From contig OX337230.1 in the NCBI GenBank assembly GCA_946965045.2, positions 2,728,001 to 2,792,000 of the forward strand: DNA of 64,000 nt, read 5' to 3'. The first letter of the stretch is position 1; each line of letters starts with the position of its first letter. The stretch is from Epithemia pelagica. Lineage: Eukaryota; Protista; Bacillariophyta. The notes under the pieces were generated by a model that was not told where the DNA came from, did not search any database, and worked only from the letters and a program-made list of their open reading frames with translations. This document shows positions 31,295-42,836 of this stretch, piece by piece. The position numbers were made by a program, and so were the translations under genes.

Positions 31295-32350
31295 ATGATG
31301 GAGACCATGGAGCCACGCGGTGAAAGGATGGCATCGACTGCCGATACCACAACTCATAGATCAGTGAATGGGAAAAGTAGCGCTAGCGTTGGTGTGCGGA
31401 CGTCTTCCTCATCTCGCCCTAACATCTTTGTCCGATTCCGACGACGTGAGAACAACCCAAAGTCGTCCGAGACCGGTTCCCGTCCTCGTCGTGCCTTTTC
31501 CGCTCCGGCTGCGACCGGTCGGAGACGTCGCAGACGTCGACTTTTGGAAGACCACTACAGAGTTGATCCAGAACGACGCGTCGTTTTACCCGGTGTCCCC
31601 CAGTATGACCCTAATTTGGCTCGAGATCTTCATGATTTTTTCAACTTGATTGTGCTTATTCCGGTGGTGGCGTTAAATGTCATGAACTGGAATTGGGATC
31701 TTATCCTGCGCATGTATTTCTTTTCTGGCAATGTCTCCACTCACCACGTGAAAGCTGTCAGTGATGGAACCACTCTATCCGATGCTTGGACAGGGGAATG
31801 GTTCGATGTATTCTTCCTTGTCACTGCACTATATTTTTTAATTGATTTGGCCTGGATCGTCATCATTCCGAACTGCGTGAAGAGTCCGTCCACGATCATT
31901 CAGCATCACGTGGCAACTCTTTTGTACATAATGATTCCCTATACCGTCGAGGATCTCCGGTGGGCTATGGGAGCTTGTATGATTGTGGAGATCAACACGT
32001 GGTTCCTTATTGCCCGACGAGTGTTCAACAAACAGGGTTTTCCACCATGGATCATTGATTTGAGCTTTGTGTCAATTCGAGTCAAACTCATCTCAGTCTT
32101 CTTTTATCTCACCTGGATTGTTACAAGGTGCATTATATATCCCTACTTGTTACCGCTGTTCTATCAAAGTTGGACGGAGCAGTCCAAAAAAGTGGGAACA
32201 ATGTGGAACGTGGTCGCGTTCGCGGTTCCCCTTCATTCCCTTTTCTGCCTGCTCAACTTGAAGTGGACTTATGATCTGATCATGTCAAAAATTCGATTTT
32301 GGACAAGAAAAACAAAAAATCAAGTGGAGAAGCTGGAAAAAGGTCTTTGA
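31295..32350 (+). CDS. TLC (TRAM/LAG1/CLN8) domain membrane protein
   Basis: Multiple TM segments with IIQHHVATLL, MIVEINTWFL and FFYLTWIVTRCI. Confidence 0.75.
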   Translation: MMETMEPRGERMASTADTTTHRSVNGKSSASVGVRTSSSSRPNIFVRFRRRENNPKSSETGSRPRRAFSAPAATGRRRRRRRLLEDHYRVDPERRVVLPGVPQYDPNLARDLHDFFNLIVLIPVVALNVMNWNWDLILRMYFFSGNVSTHHVKAVSDGTTLSDAWTGEWFDVFFLVTALYFLIDLAWIVIIPNCVKSPSTIIQHHVATLLYIMIPYTVEDLRWAMGACMIVEINTWFLIARRVFNKQGFPPWIIDLSFVSIRVKLISVFFYLTWIVTRCIIYPYLLPLFYQSWTEQSKKVGTMWNVVAFAVPLHSLFCLLNLKWTYDLIMSKIRFWTRKTKNQVEKLEKGL

Positions 32351-32530
32351 TTGTGAGACAAAAGACAGTTCAGCACGATCGACGGAGACAAGTTCTACAT
32401 CCTCGATGCAGAGGAAACAAAAGCTTTTGAACGGAAAAAAGTTGATCAGGACATCTCGATCGTTGGATGTACAAGCTCTATCCTACTGGGACGTGTATTG
32501 TGTAGATATAACGATGTCGCAAAACTGTTA

Positions 32531-34384
32531 CTAGTCTGAACCATGTTGTTGCGGCTGCTGTAAACGAGCAATCAGCTTATTATTGACAGTACGCCATCTT
32601 TGGATTGTATCCCGGGCCTCGGCGAGTTCCTTTTCCAATTCTCGTATTCTTGCCTTGTCGCCGTCAACACTTGCACTTTGTTGATCGTCCATTGACGTTT
32701 GTGCCTCTTTTGTCGTATCTCCAAATCCACTAGTTTTTCCAGTTTTGGTGGTTTCCTTCTCCATGGCATCCTCTGCATATGAATGGACACGAGACTGCTT
32801 CTTGTTTTGGCGCTCGGTATCGTCGCCGTCGTCGCTTGGACTTTTACGGCGCCGCCGGTTGTGCACCAATCGGTCACGGACAGGATCAGTGGCCACATCC
32901 CAAAACGATGGCGGGAGGCACTGGGGTGGGGAAAGAAATGGAACATGCACCAACCGACGATTCGACTCTGATTCCACAAATTTTTGCAAGGGTGATACCA
33001 AACTGTGGATGGTTGTGGCTGCTGCTTTCTTTCGACTTGCACGCTTGTGATTGGAACTAAAGTGTTCTTGGTTGCCACTTCCTTCACCGATTTTCATTCC
33101 CACCATTCCATTCCGCTCCTCTTTCGCTGTGAGTTCCAGGACACGGATGCTCGAAACAGGATGATCACCAGCGGTGGACGAGTCACTTGTTGCAACACCA
33201 ACAACCCAAGGGTTTATTGTTTTGACGCATGACCTTGCTTCCAAGTCCCACAGACGAATCGTTCCTGATTCGTCTCCCGAACACAACATCAATGGTTGTT
33301 CTGTTCCAGATCCATAAATAGAAAGTGCTGTTACAGCGCGTTCGTGGCCAATTAGTTCGGTTCGATAAATATCATTTTCAATGGATTCATTGCGTTCGGT
33401 ATCTTTGTTAGGTATCAATTGAGGCTCAGAAAAGGTAGTTGACACTGCCACAGCGCCCTCTTGCTGCAATTTATGGATTGTATACTCGTCCAAGCTCACT
33501 CGGTAGATAGTGCCATCGACACTTCCGGCAAAAAGGGTACTACCCAGTGACACCAAGCTTGACGTTGCCAGTGATTGAATGCCACAGGGAAACTGTAGAG
33601 TGGCCAGGACTGCCTCAGAGCAGACTTCGAGAATCAAGACTTGACCATCTTTTCCTGCAGTGGCGAGTCGACCTCCCGGTAGGGAGATAATGTCGTGAAC
33701 AGGAAGCTGGTGGTTGGACCATGATCGGATCGGTTGGACAGACCCTCCACCAACACCTGTACTCAACGACCCGTCCTTCAATTCGACCAGCCCATGTAAG
33801 CTGAAAACGTGCACCATACCATCGGCACCTCCCGTCACCAAGAACTCTCCACACAACGTCCATGTCATTACACAAATGGCCCTGTAATGTGCCTTGGTTG
33901 TCCGTATCAACTGTCCCCCAACACTTGTCCACACATAGAGTGTTCCAGAATGCCCACCTCCAACAATATAGTAGCCACATGGTGAAATCGACAAACCACT
34001 AGTCAGATTTCCTTCAGGAAGTCGAGTCTTCCAATGCAAGACGGGTGGTACCATGGTCGACGACGTCCCTGGCAACGAGACGAGCATGGCGTAAGAATCA
34101 TCTTTGTTTTTCCCAATCGTCTGACCAAACGCCAAAGAAAGAACGGTGGAATTTGTGTTGCTGCTGAACGGTGGAGGGAAAATTGACAGGGAATTTACCC
34201 CGATGGGAACTTTTCCAGCCATGTCCGAGCAACAACGCAACGACGAAAAGGTTGCACCCGTCGACGGATCGACAAGAGTAATGGAACCTCCACCCGTTGC
34301 TCCCGACGAACCTCCCGCTGCAGACAGTACTCCATCAGAAGGTCTTTTGGTCGAGATGCACAGAATAGACTTGGAGTAAGTCAT
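32531..34384 (-). CDS. IPI3: WD40 protein, WDR18/Ipi3-like pre-rRNA processing factor
   Basis: SPCGYYIVGGGHSGTLYVW, KAHYRAI..MTWTLCGEFLVTGGADG, LIGHERAVTAL..SGDESGTIRLWD and a C-terminal coiled coil. First ATG at 34384. Confidence 0.78.
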   Translation of the reverse strand: MTYSKSILCISTKRPSDGVLSAAGGSSGATGGGSITLVDPSTGATFSSLRCCSDMAGKVPIGVNSLSIFPPPFSSNTNSTVLSLAFGQTIGKNKDDSYAMLVSLPGTSSTMVPPVLHWKTRLPEGNLTSGLSISPCGYYIVGGGHSGTLYVWTSVGGQLIRTTKAHYRAICVMTWTLCGEFLVTGGADGMVHVFSLHGLVELKDGSLSTGVGGGSVQPIRSWSNHQLPVHDIISLPGGRLATAGKDGQVLILEVCSEAVLATLQFPCGIQSLATSSLVSLGSTLFAGSVDGTIYRVSLDEYTIHKLQQEGAVAVSTTFSEPQLIPNKDTERNESIENDIYRTELIGHERAVTALSIYGSGTEQPLMLCSGDESGTIRLWDLEARSCVKTINPWVVGVATSDSSTAGDHPVSSIRVLELTAKEERNGMVGMKIGEGSGNQEHFSSNHKRASRKKAAATTIHSLVSPLQKFVESESNRRLVHVPFLSPPQCLPPSFWDVATDPVRDRLVHNRRRRKSPSDDGDDTERQNKKQSRVHSYAEDAMEKETTKTGKTSGFGDTTKEAQTSMDDQQSASVDGDKARIRELEKELAEARDTIQRWRTVNNKLIARLQQPQQHGSD

Positions 34385-34729
34385 GTTGTGAGTGGATGAC
34401 AAAACGAGGATCTTTCGTCATGGCGAAGGAAGATCGATCAGTCGTCAAATTGGGGGCGAGGAAACTGTTGAGGATATGTGACCAGGCGACGAGCAGCAGC
34501 GAGCAGACGACGAGTAGCAGCGAGCAAGCAGCGACTCAAGAATGTGATTCGGAAGCAAAGGATCCAAACTTGAATGAGGAAGATGCCGAAGCATGGACTT
34601 TAGTCCGTCGACGTGGCAAAAGCAACATTAGGCAAGATGAACAAGCAAGTGTTCATTCTAAGGAGATTACGTAGTTCGATAAGCCTATAAAGAGTTGCTT
34701 TTACGGCACGGCTTGAGTGAGTTTCAACA

Positions 34730-34743
34730 TAATCTCCTTAGAA
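34730..34743 (+). other. Copia-3 PBS complementary to its own LTR (candidate self-priming site)
   Basis: TAATCTCCTTAGAA is the exact reverse complement of TTCTAAGGAGATTA at 34656-34669. Confidence 0.8.
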
Positions 34744-34790
34744 ATCGAAGCCTTATCTCATATCACAGACTGTGACGGGAACTACGGTAT

Positions 34791-35462
34791 ATGAGCGAGA
34801 GACTTGAAGCGCGTTGGCAAGATATATTGGCTCAATTGGCTCGGCTGACTCTCGAGGAACAAGAAGAGGTACACGCAATTGAAGAGCGCTTTCAACAAGA
34901 ATACCGAAGAAGAGAAGCTCAACACCGTCAAACGGTGGCGGCACTTGAGCGTCAACGAGAAACGGATCGTGACAACGCATACGACGAGTGTGAGATTCGG
35001 AAGCAACTTGTGTTTGAAAAAGCTCAAGCAAAACGTGACAGCTTGTTGAGAGAAATCCAATACTTCGACGAGGACAAGACACCTGCCCCAGAACCCCGGT
35101 CAACTACACCGGATCCACCGCAACCATCAAGACAGGCAACGCCAGAACCAGAGGTAAAACAGATAGCTGGGCCAAGATCCCAAAACAGTACGCCTCAATC
35201 TCAAACAAGTCATCCAGTGCAAGTCGCACAGCCTCCTTCAATCGCATCGCAAAGAAACAGCCCCATCAGGTGGATCCCAATTGGAACTAGAGTGTGGGTA
35301 CTCAATTCCCTCAAGTTGAAGAATCAAACCTCCACCACCTATCTTGAAGGAGTCATATCGAGACACGGTAGTTTCTACCACTTCATACGCATTTGGAATC
35401 CCTCTACGGGGAAACACGAAGAACATCGTCGACACCGAGACAGCCTAGCTGTAATCGAATAA
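34791..35462 (+). CDS. Copia-3 extra upstream ORF, 223 aa (coiled coil, Pro-rich linker, SH3/KOW-like C-terminus)
   Basis: Intact ATG-TAA ORF whose stop lies 1 nt before the gag ATG. Confidence 0.72.
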   Translation: MSERLEARWQDILAQLARLTLEEQEEVHAIEERFQQEYRRREAQHRQTVAALERQRETDRDNAYDECEIRKQLVFEKAQAKRDSLLREIQYFDEDKTPAPEPRSTTPDPPQPSRQATPEPEVKQIAGPRSQNSTPQSQTSHPVQVAQPPSIASQRNSPIRWIPIGTRVWVLNSLKLKNQTSTTYLEGVISRHGSFYHFIRIWNPSTGKHEEHRRHRDSLAVIE

Positions 35463-35463
35463 G

Positions 35464-38400
35464 ATGTCGACTGGTGGAAACGGCCCTCGGCCGGATGGAG
35501 CAGAATCAAGTGGGGGACGAGGTAATCAAACGGGCGGTCGATCCAATGGAGGCAGAGGACGAGGAGGTCGTGGCAAAAACCAAGGCCAACAATCAAACAC
35601 TCGCTTTCAGGGCCAAGAACCATCGCTGAAAGATTGCGTGTTTGATTATAGTGAAGATCCCCAGTCCAAGCGGTACCTACGCAACGTTGAGTTGTTAGTG
35701 GGCTACGTGGGGACATCATTCGACTACTACAACCTAGAGTATCAAAAGGCACTGGAGAAATTGGAACTTAAAGATCCAGAGAAAGCAAAGGTTCCAGATG
35801 ATCCCACAGACCCCATTCAGATGGAAGAATGGAAAATGGAGTACAAGGCGAGAAAGGATCAAGTGAAGGCCTATCGCAACTTTCGCGCTTCCTTGTTCAG
35901 TGTCATTCTCGGGCAATGCACGCCCCTCATGAAGGATAAGTTGCAAGCCAAACCAGAATATGAAGCGATCAACGATGAAAGGGACGGTGTAGCTCTACTC
36001 AAGTTGATCAAACAAACAACCTTCACGTTTGACTCCGGCCGAATCTACAAGCTGGTCGGTCGTGACAAGTTGAAGGAAGAGTTTTATGGCTTGAAACGCA
36101 GAAACAATCAAACCCTACACAGCTATTATGAAGTGTTTAGGGCAAAAGTGAAAGTTCTCAATGAGGTCGGTGTGGTGTTGTATGACAAAGATCTCGTGGA
36201 GATGATTGCTAAGAAAAACGGAAGGGACCCTCCATCATCTATCGATCGTGACGAAGCACAAGAGAGATGTGTGGCAATCCGATTCATCCGAACATGTGGC
36301 CATCGCGAGTACGAGGCCCATTTGCAAAACATGTTTTTGGACGGCCACAAAGATGTGTACCCTGCCACTCTGGCGGATACAAGGGCAATTCTTGATAACC
36401 GCATGACAGGTAAACAGAAGCAACCGAACCAAAACCAACAGACTCCGACTGAGAATGCCACTGGCATGGCATACCATACACAAGAGTTGGATGACAGCAA
36501 TGAAAGCCAAGCAGCGTCCACATTGACTGGTAACAGCCACATGACAACAAACTCACGACAAACCCAGGGTCGCAATGGGAGTGGCAACAATAGCCGAGGA
36601 AGAGAACAAGCGAGTACAGGCAGCGGTCAATCACGAGGTCATGAATCAAATCAAACACAAACCAACAATAATGGTGAATTGAATGAGACCAATGAATCAA
36701 CCCGCATTCAGGATACGCACCGTGACTCACTTCAATATTCTTTTTCTGCTTCTTCTTCACAGGCTAGCATATCCCCAGAATGGCTACTCCTCGACAACCA
36801 ATCAACTGTAGACATCATCCGAGATTCCACCCTCCTCAAGAACATTCACACAGCCGAGCGCCCAATCATGATCCAAAGTCACGCTGGGCGACGTCAAATT
36901 TCCAAACAAGGCCTACTCCCCGGATATGGCATCGTCTGGCATGACCCGGAAGGGCCGGCCAACATCATATCACTCAATAATGCACGCACAAGGTTCTCAA
37001 TCAAGTATGACAGCGAGAACGGGAACACCTTCAATCTCTTCGACCGATCTTCAGGGCGACTCAAACACCAATTCCTGCCAAGTCAAGACGGTTTGTTCTA
37101 TATGGATACGTCAAGAATGCAGAGTAGTTTCATCACTACGGTTAATGATAATGAATCTGCTTATTCTCAAGACGAAGTCTATAGAGCTAAACTGGCACGA
37201 TCATTAATGGCCAAGATAGGTCGTCCATCCACACGTGATTTCGTACACATCATACGAAACAATCTGTTGCCGAACACAACTATCACTGTGGACGACGTCA
37301 AGAGGGCCGAGAAAACATACGGACCAGACCTTGGGAGTCTCAAGGGCAAGACGACGCGTCGTAAATCTCCTGTGGTTGACTCGTCACAGACCGTGCCACC
37401 ACGGATCAAAGAAGAACACAAGGATGTGACACTCACTGTTGATATTCTCCACGTCAACAACATTCCTTTCCTCGCAACGACGTCAAGGAAGTTGCATTTT
37501 GGGACTATGGAAGCAATGGCCAATACCACCGACGATGATGTCATGAACTCGTTGCGCAGAGTGGTTGCGATCTATCGCAGAGGTGGCTTGCGCCCGCGGA
37601 TGTTGCTCGCGGACGGAGCCTTCTGTTCCGAAAAGATGAAGACAGAGTTGCAATTGATCGGTGTGTTGTTAAACCCTACCGCAAGAGATGAACATGTGGG
37701 AGACATTGAAAGGTACATACGTACAGTAAAAGAAAGAATGAGATGTGTTTATAACACCCTACCATTCAAAGAAATCCCGAAGGTCATGATCATTGAGATG
37801 GCCAAATTCGCTACCTTCTGGCTAAATAGTTTTCCTCATCGGTTGGGGATTTCACAATCAGAAAGCCCACGACTGCTCGTCACGGGAGAACAGGTCGACT
37901 TCAACAAGCACTGTCGCTTCGAATTTGGACAGTACGTCCAATGCCATGAAGAGCATGACAACTCGATGGCGCCCAGGACCATAGGTGCTCTAGCATTGAG
38001 GCCTACTGGGAATCGTCAGGGTAGTTATTATTTTTTGAGTCTTGTCAGCGGACGAGTCATAACACGGAATCACGCCACAGCCCTACCGATGCCCCAAGAA
38101 GTGATCCAACGTGTGCACCAATTGGCTAGAGCCCAAAATATGCAACCAGGGTTAGCTTTCGGTAATAGAGACAATCGGATTTTGTGGATGGATCAAGACA
38201 ACGACCTTTACAACGAAGAAGACGATGAATCCTACATCAATGAAGAACAGGATGACATCGAGCTACGCTATGATGATGATATGATCGAAAATGAACTGGT
38301 GGATGCCGTCAACAATCCCGACTATGTTGACCATGAAGAAGATGTCAACGGCGAACCTGCAATCAACCCGATGTTTGGTCCCGATGATCAACACATGGAA

Positions 38401-38689
38401 ATTCAAGGAGTGGGTGACCCACTAGCCGGAGAACTTGACGATCTGAACGGTCCGGAAATTGAAGGAGTGGAGGCAGATGGAGAACTGCCAATCCATCCTA
38501 TGGCAGAAGATGATGGTAGTGTAGTCCCGGAGGAGGCAGTGATGGATGTGGAGGAGGATGTGGGGGATAATAGGGGGGAGCTAGCCGGTGGAGAGGATAT
38601 GGAAGAGGGACAAGACATACAAGACATTGACGCTAATGACGCTAATGAAGGTACCGAAGATAACAGTGAGGCTGATCCGGTACGTCAGC

Positions 38690-38720
<31 letters not shown>

Positions 38721-40725
38721 CAGGTACAATCTACGACCAAATCGCGAAAGGAGCTACGCGCACCGATACGGGCACTCGTTTGCCTGCATCGATACTCTAA
38801 AAGGAGGGCGTTATGATGGAATCCTGCGAGATGGAGTGTTGTTTCTCGTAGCGAGTGAGGTGAATCATGCCACACCGCAGATGCCTATGAAGAAGGGTAT
38901 CAAACTGTTTGGAAACAAGGGAGTGGCCGCCGTGAAGGTGGAAATCCAACAATTACATGATAGAGGAGTCTTGAGGGCAGTACACAAAACTGACCTCAGC
39001 TGGAATGAGGTGCAACAAGCACTAGGTTACCTAATGTTTTTGAAACGAAAACGGTGTGGCAAGATTAAAGGAAGAGGCTGTGCCGACGGACGCAAACAAC
39101 GTGCGTACATAGAGAAGGAAGATTCGGCTTCTCCTACCGTGGCCACCGATTCTGTATTCATCACTGCCGTCATTGACGCCCTAGAACGACGTGTGGTTGC
39201 TGTGGCAGACATCCCAGGTGCGTTTATGCACTCGGATATGGATCCTGGCGTGTATATGCGGCTTACTGGACTAATGGCTGAGCTACTCCTAGAAGTCGAC
39301 CATGAAGCATATGCCCCATATCTAACATATGAGAAGGGCGAGCCGGTTATATACGTGGAAATGTTGAAGGCTCTCTACGGGACGTTGCGTGCAGCTCGTC
39401 TCTTCTGGGAAAAATTGACCGTGGTGCTCAAAAGTTGGGGATTTCAAATCAACCCCTATGATTCATGCGTTGCCAACAAAACAATCAACAACAAACAATG
39501 CACGGTAACTTGGCACATTGACGATCTGAAAATATCGCATGTGGACGGTGCCGTTGTAAACAAATTTATTGAGGACCTCAAAGCAGAGTTCGGCCAGTTG
39601 GGAGAAATCTCTGTGTCGGAAGGGACAAGGCACGACTATTTGGGCATGTTCTTAGACTATGGAGAGGATGGGGTTGTGCAGGTGGACATGCGATCCTACC
39701 TAGACACCATTTTGATCTCGCTACCAAAAGAATGGATCGGTAAAGCACGGTCACCGGCTGCTAAGCATTTATATCATACGGACCCGAACTCTCGAAAACT
39801 CAATGAGGAGGAGGCGGATCGATTCCACAGTGTAACAATGCAGTTAGCGTACATGGCGCAAAGAGGACGCCCAGATATACGCACTGCTGTGGCCTTTTTG
39901 AGCACTCGTGTCATGAATCCAGACGTTGACGATCAGAGAAAACTCGGTCGGGTTCTCAAGTACCTACAATCAACCAAGGATCTGATCCTACGACTAGAGG
40001 GTGATGGATCTGGACCACTATGTTGGTGGGTGGATGCCTCCTTCGCTACTCACCCAGACATGAAAGGACAGACCGGCGGAGTAATGACTATGGGCAAGGG
40101 TGCCGTCATGACTGCCTCATCAAAACAAAAACTTGTGGCGCGAAGTTCAACCGAATGTGAATTGATAGGCGTGCACGACGTGTTGCCGTCAATGTTATGG
40201 AGCCAGAACTTTCTGAGAGCCCAAGGACATGAAGTAAAGAACGTTGTCCTGCACCAGGACAATCAGAGCAGTATCCTACTGGAACGAAACGGTCGGTTGT
40301 CGAGCTCGAAAAGAACCAAACACATCAATCTACGATATTTCTATATCACAGATTGTATTCGCCGAAAGGACGTGAATGTGCGTTTCTGTCCGACGGATGA
40401 GATGATCGCTGACTTCTTTACTAAACCATTGCAGGGTCAAGCTTTTTATCGCCTGCGGGATATCATCATGAATGTGGTCCCGAGTAGTAAGTACCACTCC
40501 TCGGCCCAAAGGAGTGTGTTGAGGATATGTGACCAGGCGACGAGCAGCAGCGAGCAGACGACGAGTAGCAGCGAGCAAGCAGCGACTCAAGAATGTGATT
40601 CGGAAGCAAAGGATCCAAACTTGAATGAGGAAGATGCCGAAGCATGGACTTTAGTCCGTCGACGTGGCAAAAGCAACATTAGGCAAGATGAACAAGCAAG
40701 TGTTCATTCTAAGGAGATTACGTAG
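35464..40725 (+). CDS. Copia-3 gag-pol polyprotein, 1753 aa
   Basis: RG-rich Gag, protease WLLLDNQST, integrase (TVDILHV, LADGAF, IERYIRTVKER), RT (KGRGCADG, ADIPGAF, KALYG, WHIDD), RNase H (WVDASFA, QDNQS, ADFFTKPL). The ORF runs into the 3' LTR. Confidence 0.97.
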
Positions 40726-40936
40726 TTCGATAAGCCTATAAAGAGTTGCTTTTACGGCACGGCTTGAGTGAGTTTCAACAGAAACTGTGGTCTAAGGTTA
40801 GTCCCGTCAAAGTTTATCGTTCTGATGAAAATGGATGGCTTGGAAAATGAGTCGCACAAAATGCCTCGATGCCCGAAATGATATCTACGGTATGTGGACT
40901 TCTCCCCCTTTTCAAGATTTTTCATATTTTCGACGT

Positions 40937-42157
40937 ATGGGCATGATGGGATCACATGTCGACGATTCAAGTGCAAGAACCAGCAGTGGACCGGGTGCGT
41001 CTGGCTTCTTGTTAACCTGTGAGCGTGGAAGGGAAGTGAAATGCGAAAGAGAAGGCCTTGAAATACTCAGGCATTACCTCCGACGATCAGGCGCTGTCCC
41101 AGAGACAAACAATGACATCCAAGTCCCAACTGGTGGTGATTCCGAACCAAAAGCGTTGTCTCAAAATGGTGCAGTTGGCTTGGGAAATGGTGGTACTTCC
41201 GAGTCCGGAGGTCTGAGTTCGTCTGGTAAATCGGTTAGTTTGGAGGAAGAATTAACAGCTCTTCGTCGGAAAAACAAGCAATCTCGAATCAAGTCGTCCA
41301 CGCAGTCAATCTCGGATGGAATGAATTTAGTAGTATGTGAAACTGGTTGTAAGGGTCTTGTTATGGTGCTGCACAAGCGCCCAAACACAAATTCCTCTGA
41401 TTACAGCGAAAACGTCAAGGGATGTGACGAGTCGAATGCCACCAAACGAAAAAATGTGCGGAAAAGAAAACATGACAAAGATGTTACTCCCTCACCGACG
41501 ATGTCGAACTCCCAAAATGCAGTCACTACTACGGACAGTAGTGGTGAACCTCACAGTAAGCGCGTGAAGGAATCTCCTTCAGCTGAAGATCTACCTTGTC
41601 CGGAGAAACGAATTTCCAACGTCCCAGACGACGATGAAACTACTTCTTCATTTCTCGAGTCGTTTGATCCTGTGGATATTGTCGAGTCGATCATTCGGGA
41701 AGCCTCCCCTGATTTCTCCAAATCGATGGGCAAACTTGTGTCACTCCCTCCATCTTCTCGATTCGTCACTCGTATCATTCCACTGCAAGCCACATGTGTT
41801 GCGTCGATCGAAGAGATAGAATCGACTACAAGAATATTATTGCGTCGTTTCTTTAGACGAGATACGGCATCGGCGGAAAAGAAAGAGACGAAAACGACAT
41901 TTGGCATTTTTGTCAAACGTCGGAACTGCAGCCACTTGTCCAGCCAGAAAATTATCGAAGCCCTGGCATCCAATGTGATTGCACAACTGGCCCCGTCTTG
42001 GAAAGTGAATCTGAAAGACCCTGAGGTGAAACTATGGATTGAGGTTTGTCGTACTAAAGTGGGAATATCAGTGTTCCGAATATTTTCAACATCATTGTTA
42101 CGCACAACGGGTTCGAATTTCAATCTTGCAGAAGTACGAGCACCTACGAATAATTGA
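40937..42157 (+). CDS. THUMP-domain protein (THUMPD1/Tan1-like)
   Basis: SGFLLTCERGRE, ETGCKGLV, SRFVTRIIPLQATC, TFGIFVKRRN and WKVNLKDPEVKLWIEV. Confidence 0.8.
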   Translation: MGMMGSHVDDSSARTSSGPGASGFLLTCERGREVKCEREGLEILRHYLRRSGAVPETNNDIQVPTGGDSEPKALSQNGAVGLGNGGTSESGGLSSSGKSVSLEEELTALRRKNKQSRIKSSTQSISDGMNLVVCETGCKGLVMVLHKRPNTNSSDYSENVKGCDESNATKRKNVRKRKHDKDVTPSPTMSNSQNAVTTTDSSGEPHSKRVKESPSAEDLPCPEKRISNVPDDDETTSSFLESFDPVDIVESIIREASPDFSKSMGKLVSLPPSSRFVTRIIPLQATCVASIEEIESTTRILLRRFFRRDTASAEKKETKTTFGIFVKRRNCSHLSSQKIIEALASNVIAQLAPSWKVNLKDPEVKLWIEVCRTKVGISVFRIFSTSLLRTTGSNFNLAEVRAPTNN

Positions 42158-42836
42158 TGAACCTGGGACACGACTATCAATCAGACCAACGCCGTTTCGA
42201 TTTTGCTGAAACACTTATGCCACCCAGAAGTCATCGAAAAGCGATACACTAGACGATGGATATCCAAGAGGGAAACCTACCGTCGATTTTGGTTTTTCGA
42301 GAGTTCGCACTATCGCACAGCACTTGAAATCATCATATCCTTGCCTCCATCCTGGGTGTATCGCATAATTTGGATCGAATATTCATTGACTCGCCCAGGT
42401 ACACGTCCTTTCTCGCGATCTGAGGCCATTTCTTAACACAGTACGAAACTCTCCATCCGTGAATTGTTATTGTCACGAACGAAGATTGAAAATCCAAAGG
42501 AATGTGGCCAATAGAAAGAGGGATTGCAGTTTTAGCATCTAGCTTGCTTCAGGCACACTGGGAATAGAAGAAGGAAACAAATAGATCCACCCATCTGGTC
42601 GATAATCCCATCAGTGGAACTTGTTGTCCCGAAGCAAGAACCCCAAATCAGTGTCCACTCAGCATGAAAACGCGGCTTATCGATCACTTCTCTCGGGCCC
42701 ACTTCATCATGATTCGCATGATATCCTTTTATGTAGACTTAAAAGCACGGTGGATTTTCATTTTTGCCATTGATTGACTTACAAGCTTGCCTTCATGGAG
42801 GGCGTGACACATTCGAGGACTACCCCATGAACAACC

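Larger units (their letters stand above)
34466..40780 (+). mobile_element. Copia-3: full-length Copia element of a second lineage
   Basis: 264-bp LTRs (34466-34729, 40517-40780) with no difference seen; TG..CA ends; TSD GAAAC (34461-34465, 40781-40785); PPT AAAGGAGTG. Confidence 0.97.

Noticed and set aside
40835-40936. Upstream ATG extension of the THUMP gene
   Set aside because: It does not look like conserved protein and lies close to the LTR; ATG 40937 is preferred, but the start is not proven.
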